From positions 29,800,592 to 29,820,591 of the forward strand of contig NC_057719.1 of assembly GCF_004010195.1 (NCBI RefSeq): 20,000 nucleotides of DNA. Direction: 5' to 3'. The position numbers and the translations under genes are program-made. Below are positions 19,625 through 20,000 of this stretch, one piece after another; position 1 is the stretch's first letter; each line of letters starts with the position of its first letter. The notes beneath the pieces were generated by a model. The model searched no databases and was not told where the DNA came from. It worked only from the letters and a program-made list of their open reading frames with translations. Source of the DNA: Chiloscyllium plagiosum (taxonomy: Eukaryota).

Positions 19625-20000
19625 GGTAAAAACAATGACTGTAGATGCTGGAGATTCCCCTGGCCTCGGAATCTACTCAGACGCCATTAGCATGCGGCTG
19701 ATGCTGCTGCCACCCCCACGCTGATTGATGATGTCACTTCCCCCCCCATCATGGCAACTCCCACAACCACTTCCACCCCTCACAATTCCTCATGCAACAC
19801 ATGTGACATCACTTCCGCCCTTCACATCATCGCTGATGCCACATGCTCAGTGACTTCCGCCACCCCTACTGCTGTGGTCACCACCACTTCCACCCCCACC
19901 AGCGCCATTCTGCTGACATGCCCCCCACAGTCACTATCCCCACCCCCCAGAACCCCGAGGGGAACACTACCCCTGCTCATGACTCCACCCCCATTCCCCC
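19625..20000 (+). mobile_element. Probable 5' part of a Penelope-like element: short inverted pLTR end plus a Thr/Ser/Pro-rich ORF segment running off the window
   Basis: 19627-19650 matches 8638-8661 at 23/24 nt. One frame is open from 19691 to 20000 (HAADAAATPTLIDDVTSPPIMATPTTTSTPHNSS...). PLE identity of the ORF is from recall and inference; no RT is visible in the window. Confidence 0.55.

Overview
Eukaryotic, transposon-derived DNA with no recognisable host gene, RNA gene or intact ORF. The repeat families (several CR1 LINEs, an HE1/HER1-type tail, a DeuSINE/SacSINE1-like SINE, Penelope-like ends) suggest a cartilaginous fish (shark); this is inference from recalled repeat families, not a search. 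The window is a deep nest of insertions. An ancient minus-strand CR1 (1-246 and 5712-7679) is interrupted by a decayed DD35D pogo/Tc2-type DNA transposon (249-5709, with TIRs and TA TSD, itself holding two nested CR1s), by a tRNA-SINE and by short Penelope-like fragments. A plus-strand CR1 (7680-18844) is split by a Penelope-like fragment, a solo LTR and a 7.6-kb Gmr1-like Ty3/Gypsy element (integrase before RT, SCAN-like gag) that carries further SINE, CR1 and solo-LTR insertions. Most notable are three minimal hammerhead-ribozyme motifs in short Penelope-like modules, two local inversions each tied to the same CR1 subfamily, and a 73-bp duplication flanking a 77-bp retro-insert. All alignments were done by eye.
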